Source: an uncultured Pseudomonadota bacterium
GTDB taxonomy: Bacteria; Oederibacteriota; Muellerivitia; Muellerivitales; Muellerivitaceae
NCBI GenBank assembly: GCA_963836235.1
Contig: CAWIIP010000002.1
Location: 1,632,001-1,696,000, forward strand
Direction of reading: 5' to 3'
DNA: 64,000 bases
Under the pieces are notes generated by a model. The model saw nothing but the letters and a program-made list of their open reading frames with translations. It searched no databases and was not told the DNA's origin. The number at the start of each line of letters is the position of its first letter. Position 1 is the first letter of the stretch. Positions 40,048-49,024 of this stretch are shown here, one piece after another. Made by a program: the position numbers and the translations under genes.

Positions 40048-40570
40048 TGGGATAAAACAAAGGCTGTTCAGAATTCCGTTTCGAGTAGCGATAAGAAAAT
40101 TCATTCAAATAAAGTTGAAGATACTTTGGCGAAACGGCGTGGTAAGTCCCGTTAATCGACCGCTTCAACTGACTCCAAAAACCTTCAATCGAATTCGTAT
40201 GAGCAACACCATTCACATACTGTTTGGCACCATGATTTACGCTCAAATGTTTATAGCCTTCCTTTTTCACCAAGTCATAAGCCATATATTCGTCAGTCAT
40301 TAGTCTTGAACCGATCTTGACGTTTCTCCGAATCAACGGCGTAACAGTCGACTGCTTTGTATCGGCTACCACCTAGGCGATAACAACACCATCCCTTTGA
40401 AACATTCCCAAAATAGGTGTTTTGGTCTTGGTGCTTCTTCCTTGTGTTCCAGGGGTTTTATCAGCCAAGTGTTTGAATTTTTCCTGACCGCCATAATAAG
40501 TCTCGTCCACCTCCACATCACTCCTCAACTTGGTTTGAGTGGCAATGAACAGTAACCGAATTTGTTTTGC
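40019..40570 (-). pseudogene. IS1595-family transposase remnant (5'-truncated, internal TAG)
   Basis: VEVDETYYGG...GRSTKTKTPILGMFQRDG..IA*VVAD...TDE...VNH...HTNSIEGFWSQLKR...YLNEFSYRY; TAG at 40373-40375. Confidence 0.88.
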
Positions 40571-40571
40571 C

Positions 40572-41162
40572 TTATTTTAATAGCGCCAGAGCTTCTTTCC
40601 GCCTTTTCGCTTCACGCTTTTCGATTTCCCGTTTCATCTCCACCATTAAATCTTCCGTGCTCTGGCGAAAAAGGTCGGGGGTCACGAAACCGGGCGTGTG
40701 GCTGTTTTTCTCGGCTTCCAGCTCATAGGTGACGACCGCCGAACTCCCCGAAGGGTCCGGTTTGATTTTCCATGATCCCTGGTAAAGCTTGAAACTTTTT
40801 TGGCTGACTTCCTGGAGGGAAAGGGCGGTAAAAGGGTCCTCATGCACCTTTAAAAGGCCCTTGATCTCCTCGCGGATAAAGAGAAACCCGCCTCCTACCG
40901 TTTGTTGGACCAAGAGATCGTTGCCGTCCTGTTGGTGGATATGGCAATGCATATTGGAGATGAAATTCGAGAAATGGTTGTAATCGGTCAGGACCTGCCA
41001 AACCACCTGCGGGTCGGCGGTGACGTTAAAGGCGCCGTTGAAGTCGTAATGGTCCAGCTCCTGGCGGAAGGTAAATTGAACCTGGTCGCGGGAAAGCTTG
41101 GTTCCAGCGGTTAGAAAGACCAGAAACCCGATTGAGAAAATCGCCGTTAAAAAGGGACGCAA
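40572..41162 (-). CDS. SRPBCC (polyketide cyclase/START-like) family protein with N-terminal signal or anchor
   Basis: VTADPQVVWQVLTDYNHFSNFI, FKLYQGSW. Confidence 0.8.
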   Translation of the reverse strand: MRPFLTAIFSIGFLVFLTAGTKLSRDQVQFTFRQELDHYDFNGAFNVTADPQVVWQVLTDYNHFSNFISNMHCHIHQQDGNDLLVQQTVGGGFLFIREEIKGLLKVHEDPFTALSLQEVSQKSFKLYQGSWKIKPDPSGSSAVVTYELEAEKNSHTPGFVTPDLFRQSTEDLMVEMKREIEKREAKRRKEALALLK

Positions 41163-41373
41163 AAGATTTCCACTCCTTTTTCAAAATCCACTTTATCAGA
41201 ATAGAACAGAGCTTTGAGGTAGATAACGAGGCATTACGAATTAGCCATAGATATCCCTTAAATGCTTAGAAATACCGGTCAAGTGAAGCGGATTAGCAGG
41301 GAGGAGGTTTATTTGGAATAGCGGTATACTTAAAACCGTCCAGCGTTGTCTTATATATAGAAGGCGGTATGAA

Positions 41374-42210
41374 GTGAAAAAAATGTCGGCTTTGGCGTTA
41401 TTGAGCTCTTTGCTCCTGATCGCGACTTGGTCCTGTGAGCGGCGTTATACCCTGGGGCCGCTTCCGATTCCCACGCCCGTTCCCCCCACGGCCACCTTGA
41501 CCATCACGCTCACCCGCACGATCATCCCAACCCCTACCATTACCCTAACCCCTACTCTCACCGCAACCCCGACCGTTACTTCAACCCCCATCTGCGGCTT
41601 CACGTCCATTTATGTTCCGACCCCGGTTACCGCGCCAAGCGGCCCCGGGACTTTCTTTTACGTGATCCGAACCCTGGCGGATTGGCAGAATTACTTTGGC
41701 TCCGCCTCGCCGCCCGCCCCGGAGGCCACCCTCGGAAGCCAGATGATCCTCATCAACCTGCAAAGTATCGCGGTGACCCAATATATCCTTCCTTATCTTC
41801 CCTATACCACGATCTGCGATGGGGAAACGGACATTTACGAAAGCGACACGAACTACCCGACTCCAGGCCCGGTTTACAATTACACCGTCAAAGTCCAAAA
41901 CGTTTGTTGGACCCCCAGCCAAGTGACGGTTTCTTATGACCAATACGCCAATCTCTGTTCTCTTTCGATCGGCCCGGTAGGGCCGCCCATTATTTTGACT
42001 CCCATCGCCTTAACCCCGATACCTTGGCCGACACCCGCCCCGACCGCCACGCCTTCCCCCCCTGGAAGCCCCTGCAACCCCGGGGAAACGAACGTGATAT
42101 ATATATATGAAGCAGTGGGAGTGGCGGTTCCGGCCTCTACCGCCCCGGTTCTTTGGAGCCAAGTAGGATCCCTGCAAAATCCTGAAATATACTGCGTCTA
42201 CCCTGGATAA
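41374..42210 (+). CDS. Pro/Thr-repeat lipoprotein
   Basis: Lipobox TWSC; two TPT-rich linkers. Confidence 0.72.
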   Translation: MKKMSALALLSSLLLIATWSCERRYTLGPLPIPTPVPPTATLTITLTRTIIPTPTITLTPTLTATPTVTSTPICGFTSIYVPTPVTAPSGPGTFFYVIRTLADWQNYFGSASPPAPEATLGSQMILINLQSIAVTQYILPYLPYTTICDGETDIYESDTNYPTPGPVYNYTVKVQNVCWTPSQVTVSYDQYANLCSLSIGPVGPPIILTPIALTPIPWPTPAPTATPSPPGSPCNPGETNVIYIYEAVGVAVPASTAPVLWSQVGSLQNPEIYCVYPG

Positions 42211-42292
42211 TTTGTTTATCCGCCGAGCCAAAGTCCGTATATTCTTAAGACTTAAAAAGGGGATAAACCCTCTCTTCTCATTGGAGTCCTCG

Positions 42293-43213
42293 GTGAAAAA
42301 AATTCTTTGCCTGATGGCCTGTTTTATTCTTGGCCCGGTGGTTTGGGCGGATGATGGTAAGCCGTCCGTTCCAGTTCCTATTCCCGCGGGGGACGATAAC
42401 TTGCTGCCGCCGGTGGATTTGAGTTCCTTCACGCCTTTGCCCCAGCCAGCGACGAATAAACCGACACCTGTTCCTACCCCTGCAAAAAATTCGAGGCAGG
42501 CCGCTACCCCGACGGCTTCGACAAGTTCGCCCCAAGCGGTAAAAGCCGCGGCCGAAGTTTCTCCCGCGCCGGAAGCCCCGATGGCTGAATCCACCGAATC
42601 GGTTTCGACCAGCTCGCCGCAGGCCGCCGCCGCGGAAACCACCAACCCCGGTGCCGCCGTTTCAGCGGGAACATTGACGGATTACTTCCCCGTGGTTGAG
42701 GGCGCCCTGAGGACTTACGAATATACGCAGCCGGCCTCCGGCCAGGCCGCGAGTTTTACGGTGAAATGCGCCAGCGTCAAAACCATGCCCAACGGAACCA
42801 TTCGTATTGTTCAGGAAACCACGGAGGGGGGCCAATCCATCCGGGACCGTTACTCTCTCTACGATAATAAAGTGGAACATAAGGCTACCGGCGATCAAGC
42901 CTTTACCGGAGACTTCGCCTTCAAGCTTCCGAAGCCGGGGGAAGAGGCCTTTTGGTCGGTAACAGAAAAAAACGGAACGATTCACAAGTCCAAGGCTGTC
43001 TTTGGGCAGAGCCAACTGGACCCCAAGACCTATCCCGATTGCGTGGTGGTGACCGAAAAAGTGATCAAGGAGGGCCAGACGGTGAACACCGTTATTTATG
43101 ATTACGCCAAGGGAAAAGGCCTGGTGTCGATGGAGGTTTATTCCCCCAACATGAAACTGTCACAGGACAAATCCTACTCCCTGGCCCCGGCGGGGGAGGG
43201 GGCCGCCCCCTAA
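42293..43213 (+). CDS. Secreted hypothetical protein with Pro/Ala-rich N-terminal region
   Basis: GTG start after GGAG; signal peptide VWA-D; low-complexity linker followed by a beta-rich domain. Confidence 0.7.
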   Translation: MKKILCLMACFILGPVVWADDGKPSVPVPIPAGDDNLLPPVDLSSFTPLPQPATNKPTPVPTPAKNSRQAATPTASTSSPQAVKAAAEVSPAPEAPMAESTESVSTSSPQAAAAETTNPGAAVSAGTLTDYFPVVEGALRTYEYTQPASGQAASFTVKCASVKTMPNGTIRIVQETTEGGQSIRDRYSLYDNKVEHKATGDQAFTGDFAFKLPKPGEEAFWSVTEKNGTIHKSKAVFGQSQLDPKTYPDCVVVTEKVIKEGQTVNTVIYDYAKGKGLVSMEVYSPNMKLSQDKSYSLAPAGEGAAP

Positions 43214-43503
43214 AAAGTTTTAAGGGAATTTATGGTGTTTTTCATCCTTTGGGCCACTAGTAGTTGTAGTGAAAGGAAAGAGTTTTCAATTCTGTCGATT
43301 CCTAATTAATTTCAAAAATTTTTAGCCTTTAGCCTGTTCAAAAGGGTTGCGATTCAAGCGTTTCTACGGGTATCATGCTTCCCCTGGCCTCCATCCAATC
43401 AAGGATTTTCCCTGATTTAATACGTTTCGAGGCTTTCAACGGTCCCCATGGTTTTTCCAGGCCGTTTTTGCAATTTAAATATTTTTGAGGAGGATGAGTT
43501 TCA

Positions 43504-45327
43504 ATGGAAAATGAAATTATCGTAGGCATCGGCGGCGCGGCCGGAGACGGCGGAGCGTCCACCGGAGACAACCTGGCTTTGGCCAGCGCCCGACAAGGTC
43601 TCTTCGTATATGTTTACACGAGCTACCAATCCCTGATCCGCGGCGGCCATTCCTGGATACGCCTCCGGATTTCCAGCAAGAACGTCACAAACGTCGGCGA
43701 CCAAGTTGGCGCCATGATCGCCCTGAACCAGGATTCGATGGATCGCCATCTGCAGGAATTGACGAGCGGCGGCATTTGCGTTTACAACGGCGACAAGGTA
43801 AAGCCTGGCAAGGCCCCCGAGGGCGTCCAGCTTTGCCCCCTCCCGGTTTTCGAGCTGGCGGGCAAAGACGCCCTTCCGATCATGCAAAACACCGTGGCCC
43901 TGGGCGCCCTCACCGGACTCCTGGGATTGGAATTCGAATCTCTCTCTTCCGTTTTCGAGCATACCTTTAAAAAGAAACCCCAGGTCGTCAAGGCCAACAT
44001 CGAGGCCTCCAGGGCCGGTTACGATTTCGCGGTGAAGACCTACAAGAAAATCGCGAGTCCCCTTGGTAAGACCCTGGCCAAGCTGGCCATGGTGCACGGC
44101 AACAACATGCTGGCCCTCGGCGCGGCCAACGCCGGTTGCAAAGTTTATTGCGCCTATCCCATGAGCCCGGCCACTGGTGTTCTTCACTGGATGGCGGGTC
44201 ACGGCAAGGACTTGGGCATCTGCGTGCGCCAAGTGGAGGATGAAATCGGCGTCGCCAACATGACCATCGGCGCGGGCCAAATGGGCGTGCGCGCCATGTG
44301 CGCCACATCGGGCGGCGGATTCGCCCTCATGACCGAAGCCATCGGCATGGCCTCCATCATGGAAATCCCGGTCGTCATGATCAACGTCATGCGAGGCGGG
44401 CCTTCCACGGGGCTTCCGACCAAACAAGAACAAGGCGACCTGAACCAGGCCATCGGGGCCTCCCAGGGCGACTTCCAACGCGTGATCATCGCCCCCACTT
44501 CCATCGCCGATTGCTACACCACCATGGAAGAAGCCTTCAACTACGCCGAGAAATTCCAGATGCCGGTGCTTATCCTGTCCGACCTGTTGATGAGCGAGGG
44601 CCATATGACGCTGGAAACCTCCTTTCTGGACCGCGAGTTCAAGATCGACCGCGGCGAGATGATTTTCGAAGACGATGGAAAGCCGAAAACCTACCTTCGT
44701 TATAAAGACACCCCCTCGGGCGTGTCGCCTCGGGCTATCCCCGGATTGCCGAACCATCTTTATGTTTCCGCCACCGACGAGCATGATGAGGACGGTGTCA
44801 CCATCTCTGACGTCTATACCGACCCCGTCACCCGCAAGAAGGTCGTGGACAAGCGCGAGCGCAAAATGCAGGGAGTTCTCGCCGCCCTACCCAAGCCGAA
44901 GCTGGAAGGAACAGCGGACGCCGAAACTGTCATCGTCACCTATGGCTCCACCTACGGCGCCGCCAGCGAAGCCGTCGAGCGCCTGAACAAAGATGGCGTG
45001 AAGTGTGGCCATCTTTCGGTCAAGTACCTGGTGCCTTTCCAAGACAAGGAAATCACCGCGCTGTTGAAGGGCAAAAAGAACATCATCGTCGTGGAAATGA
45101 ACAAGTCGGGCCAGTTCGCCCGCCATTTACGCGCCGAAACGGGCATCACGGCCACCGGCAACGTCCGCAAATACGACGGGGAGCCTTTCGAGCCCAAGCA
45201 TATCGTCGCGGGCATCAGGGAAGTCCTGAAGGGAAAAACGGTCGTAGAGTCCGAGTCGTTGGAACCGGGCTGGCGCACGCCGCACCCTCCGGGTCCGGGA
45301 GTCATGGCTACTTCGTCGACGCACTAA
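43504..45327 (+). CDS. korA: 2-oxoacid:ferredoxin oxidoreductase alpha subunit (gamma-alpha fusion)
   Basis: YQSLIRGGH, AYPMSPA, QVEDEI, ATSGGGFALMTE, RGGPSTGLPT. Confidence 0.93.
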   Translation: MENEIIVGIGGAAGDGGASTGDNLALASARQGLFVYVYTSYQSLIRGGHSWIRLRISSKNVTNVGDQVGAMIALNQDSMDRHLQELTSGGICVYNGDKVKPGKAPEGVQLCPLPVFELAGKDALPIMQNTVALGALTGLLGLEFESLSSVFEHTFKKKPQVVKANIEASRAGYDFAVKTYKKIASPLGKTLAKLAMVHGNNMLALGAANAGCKVYCAYPMSPATGVLHWMAGHGKDLGICVRQVEDEIGVANMTIGAGQMGVRAMCATSGGGFALMTEAIGMASIMEIPVVMINVMRGGPSTGLPTKQEQGDLNQAIGASQGDFQRVIIAPTSIADCYTTMEEAFNYAEKFQMPVLILSDLLMSEGHMTLETSFLDREFKIDRGEMIFEDDGKPKTYLRYKDTPSGVSPRAIPGLPNHLYVSATDEHDEDGVTISDVYTDPVTRKKVVDKRERKMQGVLAALPKPKLEGTADAETVIVTYGSTYGAASEAVERLNKDGVKCGHLSVKYLVPFQDKEITALLKGKKNIIVVEMNKSGQFARHLRAETGITATGNVRKYDGEPFEPKHIVAGIREVLKGKTVVESESLEPGWRTPHPPGPGVMATSSTH

Positions 45328-45378
45328 ATCTTATTTATTCATCTCCCTGAAAGGGGAGGCAACCTTTAGGAGGCATTT

Positions 45379-46275
45379 ATGGCGACAGCGGTAATAGCAG
45401 CACCCAGGGACGCGAAACTTTATAAACCGGAAATCCCACCCGATTGGTGTCCGGGTTGCGGGGACTACGGGGTTTTGACCGTTCTCCAGCGCGCCTGCGG
45501 CGAGCTGGGAATTCCCAACGAGCAATTGATGGTGGTGTCGGGCATCGGATGCTCGTCCAACCTGCCGGGCTTCTTCCGGTCTTACGGCATGCATTCCCTG
45601 CACGGCCGTTCCTTGCCGGTGGCCACCGGCGCCAAGATGGGCAACCATGACATGACCGTCATCGCCTGCGGCGGCGACGGGGACGGCTACGGCATCGGCC
45701 AGGGTCATTTCATCCATTCTATGCGCCGCAACGTCAACATGACCTATATCGTCATGGACAACGAGATCTACGGCCTGACGACCGGCCAGACCTCGCCGAC
45801 TTCGGAGCCCGGCATGAAGACCAAGTCCACCCCCAATGGAAACCCCGAGGGACAATTGAACCCCATCGCCCTGGCGCTGGCCGCCGGCTGCGGGTTCGTG
45901 GCGCGCGGTTTCTCCGGCGACATCAACCATTTGAAGAGCCTCTATACCCAGGCCATCCAATATCCGGGCTTCGCCCTGATCGACGTCTTCAGCCCCTGCG
46001 TCACCTTCAACAAGCAGAATACTTTCGGCTGGTTCAAGGAACGCGTCTATAAGCTGGAAGATAAGGGCCACAACCCGACCGACTGGGCTTCCGGCATGGA
46101 GCGCTCCAAGGAATGGGGAACGCAGATTCCGATCGGGGTCTTCTACAAGAATCCGAATCCCCAACCTTCTCTCGACGCGGCGGATCCGGCCCTGCAGGGC
46201 GCGGGCTTGTCCAAGACGAAGAAGCTGGGTTTAACGGCAGAGCAACGCAAAAAGTTGATCGAAGAATACGTTTAA
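45379..46275 (+). CDS. korB: 2-oxoacid:ferredoxin oxidoreductase beta subunit
   Basis: WCPGCGD, SGIGCS, GGDGD, DNEIYGLTTGQTSPT, SPCVTFN. Confidence 0.93.
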   Translation: MATAVIAAPRDAKLYKPEIPPDWCPGCGDYGVLTVLQRACGELGIPNEQLMVVSGIGCSSNLPGFFRSYGMHSLHGRSLPVATGAKMGNHDMTVIACGGDGDGYGIGQGHFIHSMRRNVNMTYIVMDNEIYGLTTGQTSPTSEPGMKTKSTPNGNPEGQLNPIALALAAGCGFVARGFSGDINHLKSLYTQAIQYPGFALIDVFSPCVTFNKQNTFGWFKERVYKLEDKGHNPTDWASGMERSKEWGTQIPIGVFYKNPNPQPSLDAADPALQGAGLSKTKKLGLTAEQRKKLIEEYV

Positions 46276-46297
46276 GTTTTAAAGCAATAGAGACGAC

Positions 46298-46336
46298 AAA
46301 AGGTTCTTCTTAACAAAGAAGGGCCTTTTCTTTTTT
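46298..46336 (+). terminator. Probable terminator after korB
   Basis: aaaaggttcttct...agaagggcctttt followed by a T run. Confidence 0.6.
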
Positions 46337-46393
46337 GGCCACGATTAGTTAAAATGCCATGCTTACAAATTGGTGTTGAGAAGAGGTTCGGTT

Positions 46394-46840
46394 TTGCCCC
46401 ATGTAATCCTCGACAACTGCATCGGATGCACCCTTTGCGCGGTGAAATGCCCCACGGAGGCCATCGCTGGCGAAAAGAAAGCGATGTTCCATATTGATCC
46501 GGACCTCTGCATCGACTGCGGCGTCTGCGGCATCCATTGCCCGGTTGAGGCCATCATCAATCCCGAGGGAGAGACGGTCAAAAAGATCAAGCCGCTCGCC
46601 ATCCCGAAGGCTAAGGTCGAGGCCGAAACCTGCACGGCCTGCGAATTTTGCGTCGACGTCTGCCCTTTCGATTGCATCTCCATGCAGCCGCGCACCGACC
46701 ATCCCGAGTTTTTCAAAATCGCTGTTGTCGACGAGAAAAAATGCGTCAGTTGCAAGCTTTGCGAGACGGTCTGCATCAAGGGAAGCATCACCGTGGCCCG
46801 CCCGGCGGAGTTGATGAGCTACCAACCCAACCCTCGTTAA
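46394..46840 (+). CDS. Polyferredoxin with four [4Fe-4S] motifs
   Basis: CIGCTLCAVKCP, CIDCGVCGIHCP, CTACEFCVDVCP, CVSCKLCETVC; TTG start after AGAGG. Confidence 0.9.
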   Translation: MPHVILDNCIGCTLCAVKCPTEAIAGEKKAMFHIDPDLCIDCGVCGIHCPVEAIINPEGETVKKIKPLAIPKAKVEAETCTACEFCVDVCPFDCISMQPRTDHPEFFKIAVVDEKKCVSCKLCETVCIKGSITVARPAELMSYQPNPR

Positions 46841-46863
46841 GAATGGTTGGCGGGTTTCAGTTG

Positions 46864-46898
46864 AAGGAAACGAACCTTGGGTTCGTTTTCTTTTTTTT
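46864..46898 (+). terminator. Rho-independent terminator
   Basis: aaggaaacgaacc-ttg-ggttcgttttctt followed by a T run. Confidence 0.75.
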
Positions 46899-47023
46899 AG
46901 CCCTATCGACAGGGTTTTGATTTTACGAACAATTATGTTGCAGGTCATATTCAGGGCAGGGGTTGCAAATTAAAGTGTCGTCGCTTCATTGGTTGAAAAT
47001 CATCGTCATTTCGGGAGGATTCC

Positions 47024-48013
47024 ATGGCTGAGGAAATATTCGACATCATCATTATCGGCGGCGGGCCCACGGGCATGTTCGGCGGCTTTTACGCGGGGCT
47101 TCGCGGCATGAAGTTCAAAATCATCGATTCCCTGGAGCAATTGGGCGGGCAGGTGTCCGCCATGTACCCGGAAAAGGACATCTTCGACGTGGCGGGCTTC
47201 CCCCGCGTTTCCGGCAAAAAACTCGTGCAGGACCTGGAAGAGCAGTTGATGCGCTTCAAGCCCTCCCTTTGCCTTGGGGAAAAAGTCGCTTCGGTGGTGA
47301 AGCGTCCCGACAACGTGTTTGAGCTGACCACGGACAAGGGAAACAAACACCATTGCAAGGCGGTCGTCCTGACCCTGGGCATGGGTTCCTTCACGCCCAA
47401 GAAGCATCCGAATCCCGAACTGGTTCCTTTTGAGGGCAAGGGCGTGCAATATGGCATCCTTTCCCTGGAGCCCTTCAAGGGGAAAAGGGCCATGGTGGTC
47501 GGCGGCGGCGACTCCGCGCTCGACTGGGCCTTGATGCTGGAACCCATCTGTTCCAAAGTCACCCTCATCCATCGCCGGGACGAGTTCCGGGCCCATGAGG
47601 AATCGGTCCGAAAGCTGAAGGCCTCTACCGTCGACATCAAATTGTGGTATGAGCTTCGCACCGTCAAGGGCAACGGGAGGATGGAAGAAGCGGTGATCTA
47701 CGAGAACCATACCAATCAGGACGAGTCGATCCCGATGGATTTTGTGGTCCTCAATTTTGGCTTCCAAGCCAGCCTGGGCTTTTTGAAGGATTGGGGCATC
47801 CAGCTGGAAAAGAACAAGATTCCCGTGAACCATAAGATGGAAACCAACGTCCCGGGTATTTACGCGGCGGGAGATATCGTGACCCACCCCGGCAAGCTGG
47901 ACCTGATTGCCACGGGCTTCGCCGAGGGCGCCACGGCCGTCAATTTCTCCAAAACCTACATCAACCCCAACGAGAAAGCCTCACCAGGCCATAGCTCAAA
48001 TCTCAAATGGTAA
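47024..48013 (+). CDS. Ferredoxin-NADP+ reductase (TrxB-like, YumC type)
   Basis: GGGPTG, GGQ..A.YPEK.I.DV.GFP, GGGDSALDWA, K..LIATGF.E, C-terminal PGHSS; no CxxC. Confidence 0.88.
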   Translation: MAEEIFDIIIIGGGPTGMFGGFYAGLRGMKFKIIDSLEQLGGQVSAMYPEKDIFDVAGFPRVSGKKLVQDLEEQLMRFKPSLCLGEKVASVVKRPDNVFELTTDKGNKHHCKAVVLTLGMGSFTPKKHPNPELVPFEGKGVQYGILSLEPFKGKRAMVVGGGDSALDWALMLEPICSKVTLIHRRDEFRAHEESVRKLKASTVDIKLWYELRTVKGNGRMEEAVIYENHTNQDESIPMDFVVLNFGFQASLGFLKDWGIQLEKNKIPVNHKMETNVPGIYAAGDIVTHPGKLDLIATGFAEGATAVNFSKTYINPNEKASPGHSSNLKW

Positions 48014-48019
48014 AAGTCG

Positions 48020-48063
48020 GCTGATAGCGGTTGGCCTTTAGCTGTCAGCCAACGGCTATCAGC
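48020..48063. repeat. Heptamer-based hairpin between the FNR gene and the sdh genes
   Basis: gctgatagc-g-gttggc...gccaac-g-gctatcagc; the inner ttagctgtcagc also occurs at ~14337 after gnd. Confidence 0.6.
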
Positions 48064-48095
48064 TAGTGGCTTACTCGTGAAAATGTTTCGAGGAG

Positions 48096-48920
48096 ATGGT
48101 TATGTCCATGGATGTCCGTACTAAGAAAGGCCTGTTCTTCACACTGCGTAAGGACGCTTGGTGGCTGGAGCCGCTTTTTTACCAGTGCCTTTTCGGCGGA
48201 TTCACCATTTACGCGACGTGGGCGGCTCTTCACCCCTATGGGCCCAATGGCCAGCATTATTATGAATATGGCCCTTACCTGTCTCCGATGTTCTCGCCCT
48301 TTTTCAACCCCGAATGGCTACACAAGCTTCCGGCGCTCTTGGCCACGCCCGCGCTCCTGATCCTTTGGGCGCCGGGTGGTTTTCGAGGCACCTGTTACTA
48401 CTACCGCAAGGCCTATTATCGGTCCGTCTTCATGGATCCGCCGGGTTGCGCGGTTGGGGAATCCTGCACCAAATATCAGGGGGAAACCAAGTTTTTCCTT
48501 TTCCAAAACCTGCACCGTTACTTGCTCTATGTAGCCCTTCTCTTTATTTTCATTCTTTCTTGGGACGGCCTGTTGGCCATGATTTGGCCGGTGAACGGCG
48601 TTGCCGCCGATAATAACGCGGTTCCCGGACCCCACCAATTTGGTATCGGTGTTGGTACCCTGGTGATGTGCCTGAACGCTTATCTTTTAAGCGGATATAC
48701 TCTGGGCTGCCACGCCTTCCGTCACCTAGTAGGCGGTGGGCTGGATTTCCTGCGCGTGAAAAAAAATAATCCCATTCGTTTCGCCCTTTGGAGCATCGTC
48801 ACCAAGTTGAACGAGCGGCATATGCAATGGGCGCTCGTTTCCATGATTTGGGTTGGATTGACGGACCTTTATATCCGGTTGTGCGCCATGGGCGTGATTC
48901 ACGATATAAGGTTGTTTTAA
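48096..48920 (+). CDS. Succinate dehydrogenase/fumarate reductase membrane anchor, actinobacterial Sdh1 type
   Basis: LRKDAWW, YLSPMFSP, FRGTCYYYRKAYYRS, PPGCAVGE, QNLHRY, GCHAFRH. Confidence 0.85.
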   Translation: MVMSMDVRTKKGLFFTLRKDAWWLEPLFYQCLFGGFTIYATWAALHPYGPNGQHYYEYGPYLSPMFSPFFNPEWLHKLPALLATPALLILWAPGGFRGTCYYYRKAYYRSVFMDPPGCAVGESCTKYQGETKFFLFQNLHRYLLYVALLFIFILSWDGLLAMIWPVNGVAADNNAVPGPHQFGIGVGTLVMCLNAYLLSGYTLGCHAFRHLVGGGLDFLRVKKNNPIRFALWSIVTKLNERHMQWALVSMIWVGLTDLYIRLCAMGVIHDIRLF

Positions 48921-49008
48921 CCACGGAATACATGGAGATCACGGAGTTAAAGATTTTGTTCATTCAAGGTTTTTTGCCGTACTCAGTGGTCTCTTTGTCT
49001 TCCGCGGT
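48920..49008. repeat. Intercistronic palindromic (MITE-like) element between the sdh anchor gene and sdhA
   Basis: 28-bp arms accacggaatacatggagatcacggagt / actcagtggtctctttgtcttccgcggt, 22 of 28 complementary. Confidence 0.75.
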
Positions 49009-49024
49009 GAAATCTTTTTAGGAG

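Noticed and set aside
43501-44784. 427-aa antisense ORF over korA (similar ORFs lie over nuoD, korB, the FNR gene and sdhA)
   Set aside because: Shadow frames expected from GC-rich codon usage; no recognisable motifs.
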